A DNA stretch of 64,000 nucleotides, taken from NCBI RefSeq assembly GCF_006345805.1, contig NC_042999.1, positions 132,184,001 through 132,248,000 on the forward strand, in the 5' to 3' direction. Made by a program: the position numbers and the translations under genes. Under the pieces are notes generated by a model that was not told the origin of the DNA, made no database searches, and was given only the letters and a program-made list of their open reading frames with translations. This document shows, piece by piece, positions 1 to 12,450 of the stretch (its first letter is position 1; the number at the start of each line of letters is the position of its first letter). The stretch is from Octopus sinensis (Eukaryota).

Positions 1-467
1 CTTGCATTGTGGTGGGTATCGGAGCCTTTTGAGCGACATTAGACCCCAACAAATGCCCATAAATCTATCTGGTCCACGATCGTGGCCCGTCGCGCTTTAT
101 GTGTTAATAACCGTAGATTATAATTCTGGCAAAAAAAAAAAATGAAAGAAAGAAAAAACCGCTTTTTTTTTTTTTTTTCAAATTCGTAATTTTCGATGTT
201 TAAAACATGCATTTCCAAAATATAACAGTTTTTGGCGCCCCACATAATATAGGAATAACATATATTGTATCAAAGCTGCGTTTGGATTACTTTTAGAATG
301 ATTTGAATGAAATTAGTGTTCTTCGGGTGAGAATGTCTTTAAGTTCAGTGTCGGAGTGATGAAGAAAGGTTTCGAGATCGAATCTCTATCTCAGACTAAC
401 AGCATTTCAAGTCGAAAGACAGATGAAAGTTATACATAACAAATAGAAGTTACATTTGTGTAGGGTG

Positions 468-786
468 AGGGCGCGTGGCTTAGTGGTTAGGGCATTCGGC
501 TCATGATCGTAAGGTTGTGAGTTCGATTCCCGGCGACGCGTTGTGTCCTTGAGCAAGACACTTTATTTCACGTTGCTCCAGTCCACTCAGCTGGCAAAAA
601 TGAGTTGTACTTGTATTTCAAAGGGTCAGCCTTGTCACTCTCTGTGTCACGCTGATTATCCCCGAGAACTACGTTAAGGGTACACGTGTCTGTGGAATGC
701 TCAGCCATTTGCACGTTAATTTCACGAGCAAGCTGTTACGTTGATCGTATCAGCTGGGACCCTCGTCGTCGTAACCGGCGGAGTCT
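468..786 (+). mobile_element. tRNA-derived CORE-type SINE (family C)
   Basis: A box TGGCTTAGTGG, B box GAGTTCGATTCC, CORE-like tgtgtccttgagcaagacacttta; second colinear copy at 56210-56515. Confidence 0.85.
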
Positions 787-924
787 TTAAAATTTAAAAT
801 TTGTGTAGAGATTAAAATAGAATTTTCAAACAGAGTAGATGCAGACATGGCAGTGTGGTAAGAAGTTTGCTTCCCAACCACATGGTTCCAGGTTCAGTCC
901 CACATACGTATACATATGTACATA

Positions 925-1364
925 CACCTCCTTGACTTACGACCTCAGCGAATTACGACCATCCGCACTTAAAGCCACTTAAAGCCGTAAAGATAGCTAT
1001 CGCAGCATGTGGGAACGTATACCTAGTTCTTTATTACCCACAAGGGGCTAAATACAGAGGGGAAAAACAAGGACAGACATAGGTATTAAGTCGATTACAT
1101 CGACCCCAGTGCGCAACTGGTACTTAATTTATCGACCCCGAAAGGATGAAAGGCAAAGTCGACCTCGGCGGAATTTGAACTCACAACGTATACCTCCCTC
1201 AGACCCAGGCATCCACTGCCTGTCACTGTTTTTCACTCAGTCGCTTTCAAGCATCAGTTGCCTTTGAATGAAAATAGTGTTGAAAAATGTAAATCCAACA
1301 TACGACCAGATCGAATTACGACCTGTCATTCGGAACAGAACTCGATCGTAATTTGAGGAGAAGG
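925..1364. mobile_element. Tigger/pogo-type MITE interrupted by a family B SINE fragment (about 1030-1195, - strand)
   Basis: TA-flanked imperfect TIRs cacctccttgacttacgacc / gatcgtaatttgaggagaagg; internal tcgaccccgaaaggatgaaaggcaaagtcgacctcggcggaatttgaactc is shared with other family B copies. Confidence 0.6.
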
Positions 1365-1397
<33 letters not shown>

Positions 1398-1460
1398 TAT
1401 AATTTGGGCAGGTCGTTCAGCAAAAGTTGAACACGCATATGTCGTCCTCGACAGGAGAGT

Positions 1461-1519
<59 letters not shown>

Positions 1520-1532
<13 letters not shown>

Positions 1533-1845
1533 TATCGGACAAAACCATATTTGGAAAACAAACAAGAAAGACTTAATCAATACATAATTTAATAATAGTC
1601 AAAAAAACGCCACAACAATCGTTTCGTCTGATCGACAATCTTCAGTGGACTTCCATACTCAGTGTCATTATGAAGTACTTCATAATTTGACACTGAATTA
1701 TTGGAAGTCCTGAAGATTGTCGATCAAGACAAGAAACGATTGTAGTGGCGGTTTTTTTGACTATTTATTAAAATTTATGTATGATAAGTCTTTCCTTGTT
1801 TGTTTTGCAAAATAGCGGTTTGTCTCGATAATATTTTAGATATTT
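1520..1845. repeat. About 325-bp imperfect palindrome with no spacer (centre 1676/1677), probably Penelope-derived
   Basis: Arms align in inverted orientation from attatcggacaaaacc to gtttgtctcgataat; the centre attatgaagt|acttcataat is a perfect palindrome; CTGAAGA...GAAAC boxes in both arms. Confidence 0.85.
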
Positions 1846-1915
1846 TACTATAAAACGATTTAATCCTAAATCTGATTTTTTTCCCTGTAAATTTGGATTA
1901 TTCCCTATAATATTA

Positions 1916-1947
<32 letters not shown>

Positions 1948-1984
1948 CATGCATGTGTGTGTCAAAGAGGACAACAAACGCCGA

Positions 1985-2416
1985 GGCATAACACGCATCT
2001 CAAGTCATATACATTATTATTCTTAATTAGTTGAGGTCTTACAGCTGTTTCTGAGATATACCAAGTGATAGGCGAGTATGCCTGAATATGAGGTATTCTA
2101 TCATCAGAGACAAATAGAGAAAATATGAAGGGTCTAATCATGGAAATAATCAGATAAGCGATCTAGATATGGGAAATTCTCAGATAATAATCAACGATTT
2201 AGAAGAGTGGAGAGTTAGGAAATAAAGTTCACAGTTCATTTTTCCGAGGGTACGGGTTGTAGTCTGTATGTCCTTAGATAAAATCCAAGGTAAATCCAGG
2301 CAGCATTATAGCAAAGTATGATTAGTGTTTTCACAGCATAAATATTCAGACAGTATTTTGGCAGAAATACCCAGCGTACCTATTCGTTTAGATTACCAGT
2401 GAACTAAACCTCCTTA

Positions 2417-2455
<39 letters not shown>

Positions 2456-2460
2456 CACCG
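1985..2460 (-). mobile_element. Degenerate Penelope-like element 3' region (GIY-YIG tail relic plus hammerhead-like motif)
   Basis: Minus-strand translation LSEYLCC...PWILSK...KMNCELYFL weakly resembles the PLE endonuclease C-terminus; followed by CTGATGA...GAAACAGCTGTA. Confidence 0.5.
2036..2111 (-). ncRNA. Type I minimal hammerhead ribozyme-like motif
   Basis: Stem I GTCT/AGAC, core CTGATGA (2107-2101), imperfect stem II, GAAA, palindromic stem III ACAGCTGT, cleavage triplet GUA. Confidence 0.55.
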
Positions 2461-2510
2461 TCTAAGAATCCATAAGTCAGGAAAAAATACACTCATATAT
2501 CTGTCTGCTT

Positions 2511-2612
<102 letters not shown>

Positions 2613-3299
2613 CAGTTGATGTTTGTAGCGGTGGAGGTTGATTTTGTGACGGTCGAAGTTGGATTTGTAACCGATAATATAGAAAGTCGGTAGTCGAAAC
2701 ACAGTAGGATGGAATGTTGGAGTCGTAATCAGTGTGTAAGGATAGGTTCTTCGTTAATAGCCATTATGTAAAGATGAAAGAACAGTGATTGAAGTGTTGA
2801 AAGAAATATTTATTTACCGTTATATTGAATAAAATACCTTGCCTCGACAGGCAGGTGATAAAATCGTAAATATAGATGTCGTAGATTTTTCTTGTATACT
2901 TTGTGTACACATTATCTTAGCAGTAATCCACAGAAAGAGATAGAGTGATGTTGTGAGCTAGTGAGAGAGTGCGGGACGAAACAACTGCTTCGTTGGAGAG
3001 ATACCATAGTTGTTCGAGCCGGTCAGCCAGACTCCGTTGTCCCTAACTGGGTTGTCACCAAAGTGATAACTGGTTGAATCGTCACCAAGTGACTAACTTA
3101 TTTCTTTATTTGTCAATGAATGGACACACAGAGAGGGGACAATACAAGACAATACAAAACATTTAGGTTTGGGATTTATGACTTAATGGAACTCGGAATA
3201 TGAAATCGGAAAAATGAAATCGAATGGTATAATGAAATCGAGAGTCGTATAAAAATTTCTGTGATTATAATTTCGGGTTCGTGTTCGACCCGCCAGTAT

Positions 3300-5760
3300 T
3301 TTTTATTTTCCTTTTTTTTTTCTCCTTTTCCTTTTTCTACTTATTACTTTTCATTTCTGATTAGACCGGCTGCACCAGCACGGCCCTATTCGCTGTCAAC
3401 TTCTTTACAACATTCGTCCATCTTTTCACAAACGTATTTCGAAGCAGGCACCTCTTCTCCAGGCTAATCTTTTTAGATAGGTGGTAGATAAAAAGACCAA
3501 CCAATCCACGCCCGGGTATGAAGTTACCTGCCTCAATTCCTCTTCCACGCGTCATCCATACTGTTTCTTTCAATATGGCTACTACGCAGAAAAATGACGC
3601 CTCCTTTTCCTTGTTAAAAGAGGAAGGCGGCACAATCTTAATGAGAGACTCAGTCGATAACCGTACACTTTTCGCATCCGACACCATTTGTTCGACATAT
3701 GTTATCAGTTGCCTTAATCCCTCACAATGCACGAAGGCGTGCGTGACAGTTTCACTGACTTGCTCGCACCTCGGACACGTGGGCGGGATACTGGCACCAT
3801 GCCTTGACAACCTCTCTCGAACTGGCGATGTCGATCGGTAGCACAACCAGGCCAGCGATTTCTGGAAGTTGTCCAAATACCCCGGCCCGAATATTCTTCC
3901 GAATAGGCTGACAAGCTGTTCTTCATCGAAGCATAGAGTCTCCTCCAGGAGGTCGTCGGACATATGCTCTACCAACCCGCTATAGAAATCCGCAGTGGTA
4001 ACCCCGCTGCCGGTATTGCTCGCCCGGGAGAACATAGGGAGTGCAGGAATCCACTCCCTCTGCCATACACTCATTTTCGGTCTCCATGTGATCCATGCTC
4101 CTACGTCCCGCAGAGACGTCAAATGTGACAGGAAAAACTTGACATGCGGTGACCACACCCGTTCACCATCCAGGTAGAGCCAGAGGTATCTCAGCTTCAG
4201 CGCGTACATACGCATCATCAGCCAAGGCATCCCGAACCCACCTTTTAGCGGTTTCTAGCAACAGATGGAGCGCCTCACAAGTAGTGGTTTCCCCTCCCAT
4301 AAAATGCGGAAAAGGATCCGTTCCAACTTGTTCATCCACAAACCGGGGCAAGGCACAACGGTTAGGCGGTAGGTTATCACAGATACTATAAACACCTGCG
4401 CAATCGCTCTCCCTAGCAAAGATAGCAACCTCCCAGACAAAGTTTGGGTTATGGTCGTCACCTTGCTCGTGACTTCACCCAAGTTTTTCTCTAACTGGAA
4501 GTCTGGACCAAATCAGACTCCAAGCAGTTTAACCGGGCCCTCCGTCCAACGTCCTACGACGCTATTGGGAGGCCTCGACTCGCCCCTCTAAGTGCCGAGT
4601 TGCAAGCCGACTGATTTTTCCCGGTTAAGTTTTGCTCCTGCCACCGCTTCGTATCTTTTGATGACGTCTTCTACACCTGGTGGCTGCCCTTCATCAGACA
4701 CGATGATGGCGACATTATCCGTATATGCCGTCGCTATCCTACCGTAATAAAAATCACGCCCCCCCCCGCGTGACCTCCACCCTCCGCAGCAGTGGCTCAA
4801 GAGTCAACATATACAGAAGTGGGGACAGGGGACAGCCATGGCGAACTGAACGTTCGATCGCGAACGGCTTCGAAAAGAAACCGTTCACCCGGACGATAGA
4901 CTCAATGTTGCGATACATAGCATTGATCCATCCACGGAAAGTCGAACCCAATCCGACCTCCCGGAGTACCACCGCCATATAACCATGGTCAACCCTATCG
5001 AATGCTTTAGACTGGTCCAAATTCACCAGTGCCCCCCTTTGCCAGAAACTTTACCCACCCGCTCTATAGTGTAGCGTATGAGGTGAAGGTTGTCATGTAT
5101 TGTCCTGCCTGGGATGGAACATCTCTGCGCCTCTCCCACCACGACAAGCTTCACCTTCCTGGCTAACACCTTGGCCATTCTGCTGCCAGTTCGGATATAC
5201 ACCGACCAGTATATTCCCGAACAAGTCTGGCATACTCTTATAAAGTTCCCAAGGACGACCATCCAATCCCGGCGATTTGTCCCCGGGGCACTGGGACAGC
5301 ACCTATGTGACCTCCGCAGCTGTGATCGGACCTTCATAGCGCTCCACCTCGCTTGCTGAAAGACACGGGCCACCGGCCAGGAAATCTCGAAGGGCATCCC
5401 CACGGTCCAGCGTCCCGCCCCTCCCGAACAACGCAGCGAAATTCTCCTGAAAGGCCTTATACATCTCTTCCTGTCCGTCGATCTCTAACTAGAGACCCTT
5501 CTACTCTAGCCTGCTCCTGACTTAACTATTTGCTAAATCTAATAGACTCAAGTCGAATGGTTCTTTTGATGGCAACCCACCACCGGTTATTCAACACGAT
5601 ACCGGTGAGTGCCCTCTTGACTAACTCCTTAATCTGGTTACGGTATGTTTCGCAAGACAATACCGTTTTGTTTGTCTTTTGCTTGCGGGTTCTTGTTTTT
5701 ATAACTATCCAGAAGGATAGACATATCATTGAGAACAATAGATTTAGTTGATGATCTTGT
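3300..5760 (-). mobile_element. 5'-truncated, frameshifted L1/Tx1-clade LINE ORF2 (RT plus C-terminal CCHC)
   Basis: ORF fragments carry LDQSKAFDRVDH, SVRHGCPLSPLLY, AYTDNVAII (decayed YADD), KSPGLDG and CPRCEQVSETVTHAFVHC; A-rich 3' tail at about 3300-3355. Confidence 0.92.
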
Positions 5761-5876
5761 CATCTAAATTCTAGCTTTTGGTGAAGTAGAAGAGGCTAGA
5801 AGGGTCAAGTGGTGAAGACATTATTTCGGCCTAGCTAAGGCATCTGGAAAATGTAAAACTGCTGTTACAGAAAAAC

Positions 5877-5951
<75 letters not shown>

Positions 5952-6244
5952 CGTCTAAGAATCCATAGGGCAGGAAAAATTACGCTCGTATATCTGTCAA
6001 TAGAGTGAGTAAATTAATTGAAGTGTACATTATTTTATATCCATTACAGCCGATCTTAGCAATCGGTTTCGGACACCAACCACAATAGAAAACAGTCGCC
6101 ATATTTCATTCCATAACTTCCACGCGCAGAGTTACATAATCGGACTGTTACCTAACACTCTATTGAATGTCTAGTACGATTGTTACGATCGGCCGTGCTG
6201 AATATATAATACTGTACACTTCGATAAATATATATATATATATA

Positions 6245-6475
6245 TGTGCGTGTGTTTTTCTGCTTTTGTTTGTCCCCACCACCGATTGACAGCTGATGTT
6301 GGTGTGTTTACTCGTCCATAAATTAGCGGTTTGGCAAAAGAGAACAATAGAATCGATACCAGACTTTACTAAACAATAATAAGTAGTGGAGTCGATTCAT
6401 TCGACTAAAAACATTCTTCAATGCAGTTGCCCCGGCATGGCCGCAGTCTAATGACTGAAACAACAATAAGAAAGG
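6245..6475 (+). mobile_element. Family A SINE 3' half
   Basis: tttgtccccaccaccgattgacagctgatgttggtgtgttta...gcatggccgcagtctaatgactgaaac matches full copies such as 17292-17718. Confidence 0.8.
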
Positions 6476-6846
6476 AAAAAAAGAGTGTAAGTTTAAATGC
6501 GGAACGTTGAGATACGCATTGTCAGCATGATATATACAAAGTTATATGCTATATAGGCTATGATGGACTATGGTATAAAATATGATATAAGACTATGATA
6601 TAACATATGATATAGACTATGATATAACAGTCTTACCAAATTCTAATTGGAGATGTCTGTCGGATTCTCATAGAGTTAGTCAACCTAAATTATCTCGGAA
6701 ACCTGTACTAATTGTGTAGTGAGGTATCAGAGTACAGGACGAACTATAAAATAAAAATTCAGCTATTCATTTTATCGTACACTTAACCTAGTTTCCAACC
6801 AGACATCACCGTTAACTATTATATTTCAAATTTGACAAGTTAGTTC

Positions 6847-6928
6847 GCTGCGATGGCCGAGTGGTTAAGGCGTTGGACTCGAAATCCAATGGGATATTCC
6901 CGCACAGGTTCGAATCCTGTTCGCAGCG
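6847..6928 (+). tRNA. tRNA-Ser-CGA: tRNA-Ser, anticodon CGA (6880-6882), intronless, long variable arm
   Basis: Acceptor stem GCTGCGA/TCGCAGC with discriminator G73; A box TGGCCGAGTGG; anticodon arm TTGGA-CTCGAAA-TCCAA; variable arm GGG-ATATT-CCC; T arm ACAGG-TTCGAAT-CCTGT; oligo-T Pol III terminator at about 6935-6943. Confidence 0.97.
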
Positions 6929-7074
6929 TTACGATTTTTTTTTATTATGGGGTTTTAAGTGTCAGTGTTTATTTTTTCTTTATTTTTTTTACAGATATGT
7001 CTACGATAACATTCGGTTCATTTTGGATGCATGAGATAATGTAGAACTTGCTTTCACAATTCTGTCAGTACTTC

Positions 7075-7270
7075 GTATCTTTTATTTGCTTCAGTCGTTG
7101 AACTGGCCATGCTAGGGCGCCATCTTGAAGGTTTTAGTCGAACAAATAGACCCGAGTACTAATTTTTATGTATAGCTCGTATTCTGTCGGTCTCTTTTAC
7201 CGAACTGTTTAATTACGGAGACGTAAGCAAGACAACACCGATTGTCAAACGGTTGAAAGGGACACACACA
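7075..7270 (-). mobile_element. Family A SINE 3' half
   Basis: Reverse-complement match to the family A 3' body (gactggccatgct...gtcgaacaaatagaccc...ccgaactgttta). Confidence 0.8.
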
Positions 7271-7580
7271 CACACACATACATACATGCATAGAATTATT
7301 ATTTATATTAACAATAAATGGAGCACTTAGTTTTGTAAGTAAATACCTAACTGTCAATGTGGATAAGCTAGGATTTTCAGAAAAAGAAATCAACCAACTG
7401 ACTTGCACATTACAAATACAATCTGTAGTAAGCGGAACAGTAAAACAAGGCAAGACTTTTTCTCAAGCTTAAAATGTGACATGGTTTTCATTATCTACAT
7501 TCCAACGATGGAGCTTTGTATCTTTGTTAGAAAACAGCTCCTTCAATAATTAAAAACAGAAGAGAAACATACATACATGT

Positions 7581-7981
7581 ATCTTTTATCTTTTATCTTT
7601 TACTTGTTTCGGTCATTTGACTGTGGCCATGCTGGAGCACCGCCTTCAGTCGAGCAAATCAACCCCGGGACTTATTCTTTGTAAGCCCAGTACTTATTCT
7701 ATCAGTCTCTTTTGCCGAACCGCTAAGTGACGGAGACGTAAACACACTAGCATCGGTTGTCAAGCAATGCTAGGGGGACAAACACAGACACACAAACATA
7801 TATATATATACATATATACGACAGGCTTCTTTCAGTTTCTGTCTACCAAATCCACTCACAAGGCATTGGTCGGCCCGGGGCTATAGCAGAAGACACTTGC
7901 CCAAGATACCACGCAGTGGGACTGAACCCGGAACCATGTGGTTGGTTAGCAAGCTACTTACCACACAGCCACTCCTGCGCC
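7581..7981 (-). mobile_element. Full-length family A tRNA-derived SINE (head, CORE-like box, central (TA)/(CA) microsatellite, 3' body, AGATAAA-type tail)
   Basis: Minus strand starts GGCGCAGGAGTGGCTGTGTGGTAAGTAGC, has B box GGGTTCAGTCCC and gcatcttgggcaagtgtcttct; close match to 9584-10004 and 17292-17718. Confidence 0.92.
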
Positions 7982-8432
7982 TATGTATGTATGTATGTAT
8001 GTATGTATGTATGTATGTATGTATGTATGTATGTATGTATGTATGTATGTATGTATGTATGTACACCACAGGCTTCCACGCAGTTTTTGTTCACATATTC
8101 ACTCCCAAACAATTGCTCGGGGCAATAGGAAAAAGAATACTTGCCCAAAGTGTTACACAGAGGGACTGAACCCGAAAGCACATGGTTACGGAGTGAATTT
8201 CTTAACCACACAGTCATGTCTGCACTTATAAACCTACTTTTCTATGATGTTGATTATTTATATCCCTATTAAGCTCTATCAATAAGACCACCTCTTATAA
8301 AACCTTTGTAAATGAGACAACGATGAAATCTCTTTATTAAAACTTATACATAAATTAATGATGGATTATCTTTATAAAACAATACTGTAGGATAGTGATT
8401 AAAAAAAACCGTCACACCGTCGGATCATGTAC

Positions 8433-8544
8433 CTGCTCACTGCTAACGAGGGCGGAAATGGTTGTTCGCAAGTGTGAGCCCCGTGAGTGGCTGATCCAGC
8501 GCATCTCCCACGCCGTCTCCGGAGCAATGCCTTTTCCATTTTGT
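8433..8544 (-). CDS. Candidate exon (QNGKGIAPETAWEMRWISHSRGSHLRTTISALVSSEQ)
   Basis: GC-rich unique island; ctccaacag acceptor, 112 nt open in phase 2 to 0, CAG|GTACAT donor; product not recognised. Confidence 0.3.
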
Positions 8545-9583
8545 CTGTTGGAGCCATGAGATATGTTTCTATTTTGTGAGAGGCAAGATTTTTCAAAATT
8601 AATTCAAATAAAGGCAGTTTACTGTTAAAAAAAACCCAAAAAAGCAAATAGGATAATGATTTATATCCTTATCGTACCTTGTCAATACTATATAATAAAG
8701 GTCTTTTTATAATTTATTTTTATTTTCAGATTTTGATAGTTTATATCAGTGGTTTTCAACGAGAGTCCATAAGACATTTGGGGATTCATATAAGATTTTG
8801 TTGCTAAAATTTATGCGCAATAAATTGGTTATACGTCTACAATACAGAAAATATTTTAAGTTTTTCTTTATACAATTCCTATTAAAATTCAGTTATAAAA
8901 ATACAACTGGATTTTTTTATACATCGAATGGCTATGGGTATCCAGCCGACTAAAACAGTAAAAAGGGGGCAAAACATGGCAAAACATGAGAATAACTGAT
9001 TTATATCCTTACAAGCCTAAAAGAGTATATCCCTATTGAAGCTATATTCAGAAGCAGCTAAACTCAGAGGCAAGCTCACAAAATGAAGACTAGTTTTTAC
9101 AGCACTGTCAACTGCTTACAACGGTGAACTATACTTCTCTATGATACTGCCTTAGAGCTTGTTAGACGTGGTCTAATTACTAGAGCTCCAATACGGCGCC
9201 GGTTATTAATGCCTTAATATACGGACTCATATCAACACTTATTTATTTTTGCTGTAGAATTAACCCTTTTACTGCGGAAATCTGTTGTATCCGCTCAAAT
9301 TTTCGTTACCCTTAACTACAGGAAGCAGTTTTATACACCAATTTGTCTTTTGTTGGAGTAAGTCGTGTTCGAAGCTATTTTCTCTTCAGATATGTCACGT
9401 TTATTAAGGCAAAATGACTGGCAGAGAATACCAATTCTAGTTTTTATTTATTCATTTTGTATATTTAACAACATTACTGGAAAAACCATGAAATTTAATT
9501 TCGTAGTGGAAGGGTATTTTGGCAACTTGGACAAGGGGTAGGATCGTCTGGTTCAATTCTCAGCTTATGACAATAGTGGGCAG

Positions 9584-10004
9584 CTCTTTTACTCTTTTAC
9601 TTGTTTCAGTCATTTGACTGCGGCCATGCTGGAGCACCGCCTTTAGTCGAGCAACTCGACCCCGGGACTTATTCTTTTGTAAGCCAAGTACTTATTCTAT
9701 CGGTCTCTTTTGCCGAACCGCTAAGTAACGGGGGCATAAACACACCACCATCGGTTGTCAAGCAATGCTAGGGAGACAAACACAGACACACAAACACACA
9801 CACACGCATATATATATATATATATTATATATATATATATACGACGGGCTTCTTTCAATTTCCGTCTACCAAATCCACTCACAAGGCTTTGGTCGGCCCG
9901 AGGCTATAGTAGAAGACACTTGCCCAAGGTGCCACGCAGTGGGACTGAACCCGGGACCATGTGGTTGGTAAACAAGCTACTTACCACACAGCCACTCCTG
10001 CGCC
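9584..10004 (-). mobile_element. Full-length family A SINE
   Basis: Colinear with 7581-7981. Confidence 0.92.
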
Positions 10005-10439
10005 TATATAAGTATATGAGTGAGATAAATTTTAGAAGTACGGTATTCTGGGGCTGTAAGATTGGACAGAATGGTTAGTGGAAACGTAGCCGGATTTAGA
10101 GGAGGCACAAGGGGCAATTGCCCCGGGTTCCTCAAATGTCGGGGGTCCCTTCCACAAGTAGTGGCTCTTTGTACTGGAAGACCCTGTCTTTCCCAGAAAG
10201 CTTGCATGAAGAGGACCTTTCCCTATCGACTTTAAAAAATCTTTTAAAAAAAACACCACATTTTCTCCACCATAGCGACACCAGATATTCAACCTTAAAA
10301 CGTTGGGATGGAGAAAAAATAACGAAAATCAAGAATAAGAAAAATGAAACATGTTAAGTTCTTTTATGTATATCTTACTATGGGAAAGTTGTTTGACCCA
10401 ACGATGACCCGTCAATTTCTGGTTTTTTCATTTGCGATT

Positions 10440-10507
<68 letters not shown>

Positions 10508-10699
10508 CACATATATTGCCACTTCCTAAAGTTATTATGCTCATTGGGTAGTTAATTGGTACGCTGAGCATATTTACAAAAACGAAAAAGGTAAAACTGT
10601 CTAACTTACAAAATTTTAATTTTTCATTTATTGTAGAGAGGAGTATATGAGCCGCACACAAGTGTATGTGTAGTTCAGACGTTTCCAAGATGGCCGAAT

Positions 10700-11241
10700 A
10701 AATGTCGATATTGACCTTCTGGGAGACCCGCGACCAGCAGAACTGCGAAAAACATCGCAGAGGTGTGTACAGCTGTCTGAGGGGGGAATCCTCGAATCAC
10801 CATCCGCGAGTTATCAGAAGATGTGCGGATTAGTTACGGTTCGGTTCAGTCCATTATTACTGAAGATTTGGGTATGAGAAGCGTGTCTGCCAGGTTTGTC
10901 CCAAAACTGCTTTCGGCTGACCAAAAAGACACTCTGGTTTCAGTTGCACAAGATCTCCTTGATTGTGTCGAGAAGGATGAATACTTTTTGAAAACTTCGC
11001 GTAGGGCTCTGAGCAGGTATTGTCAAGCTTTTGGCAAAATTTGATGCAAATTTTCTGCTCAACTTTCTGCCATGGTCAGTGCGACGATCACTGCTGTAAA
11101 CAGCGGAAGCGAGCTTGAACGATAAAACTTAGTGCGCATGCACAGCAGAGTTCAAGGTCAATTTTTGCCTAGCGGCTTCACTCTGCGTGCTTTAGCTTCG
11201 TTACTATGGCAACAGTCTGGATACTTATTGATCAGACCTCG
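10700..11241 (+). mobile_element. Internally deleted mariner transposon fragment
   Basis: ORF 10823-11044 ISYGSVQSIITEDLGMRSVSARFVPKLL (HTH plus WVPHEL-equivalent linker); 3' TIR atacttattgatcagacctcg followed by TA. Confidence 0.85.
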
Positions 11242-11756
11242 TACATGCATACATATATATACATGATTAAGATTTTAAGAATGACGAACAAATCAAGCTG
11301 CTTTCCTTCACAACATTCGCTACCAAGTAGGTGGACAATTAAAATGTACTCTAAATTGAAAATATAAACAGAAAAAAAAGAGAAGAGATACATGCAATGC
11401 AAACATGCATACTTACATATATACAAGATAATGACTGATAGTTCTTTCAGTCCGAAGATCCTAAGGAAAGGTGGTACGTTCTCAAGTGACTATGTAAACT
11501 GATCATTAACGCTGCACAGCTTAATTAATTATTTTTTTCCGTTTGGGCTGAGTAGCTTTTAAGTATAAGTCACCGTGCAATCGGATCCCACTTTTCAGAC
11601 TTGACAGTCTGACCACAGTGGCTCAGCGGGCTAAGAGAGCTGCAGTAACCAGCTAGCTGTAGGTTTTACTTTAGATTGGTATTTTCCTATGTGAATTGCT
11701 TTACAGGGCTGGAGAGCTCCACCTATCCTGGACATACATACATACATAATGTCATC

Positions 11757-12450
11757 ACGGTATTATCTATCGATAGCTAGGACATACTATAATGAAATTC
11801 GTCAGAAGGATAATGAGAACCCACAGTAAGGTTGAAGCTATAGCCACTCGTAATAAAAGAAAGTACTGGTGGAATGTCCCAGTGAAGACCTCAATAAAAT
11901 ATAAGCACAACAGACCTGATATAATGATTTGGGATAGAGAAGAGAAACTGTGTACAGTTGGGAAAATCACCTGCCCTGCAGATGTTAACATAAAGCTGAA
12001 GATCAGTGAAAAAGAAAACACCTACGCTGAACTATCGAGAATTCTGCAGTTACTCTATCCAGATTACAAGTTCAGGTTTATATATGCAATTATTGGAGCC
12101 CTGGTATATGTAACACACTACGTAAATACCAAACTTGAAAAATTAGGCTTCTCAAAACCAGAAAGGGAACAACTAATTCGAAGACTACATAGCCATTCCA
12201 TCACCGGAACTGTAAAACTTTTCAGAAGTTTATCATTTAAAATATATACGAGCATGTCTAGATATGCAACTATATGCATGAGAATATATACATAAAACAA
12301 AACGTACGAATCTGCACATATACATACATATAAACAAAAATACCCTGTTCTTGATGTTGAAATTCCAATGAAGGAGCCTTGAATCTAGGTTAGAAACCAG
12401 CTCTTTGTCTATTGGCAAGAAATCTTGAAATAAACTGAACAATGACATAC
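11757..12450 (+). mobile_element. 5'-truncated R4/Dong-type non-LTR retrotransposon (restriction-like endonuclease domain plus 3' UTR)
   Basis: ORF 11792-12295 KHNRPDIMIWDREEKLCTV..ITCPAD..KISEKENTY...IIGAL is typical of PD-(D/E)xK RLE domains; AATAAA and a (CATA)n tail follow. Confidence 0.8.

Noticed and set aside
468-545. tRNA-like heads of SINEs as tRNA genes (also 17292, 27815, 56210)
   Set aside because: No complete cloverleaf or acceptor stem; each continues into a SINE body.
8470-8500. ACGGGGCTCA on the minus strand resembling RNase MRP CR-V
   Set aside because: No GAAAGTCCCC (CR-I) partner at a suitable distance; the intervening DNA is very AT-rich.
12365-12410. Hammerhead-like reading of the RLE 3' unit (cctgtgaagg-agcct/aggtt-agaaaccgg)
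   Set aside because: The core lacks A6 in one variant and U4/G5 in the other; no stem I or valid NUH.
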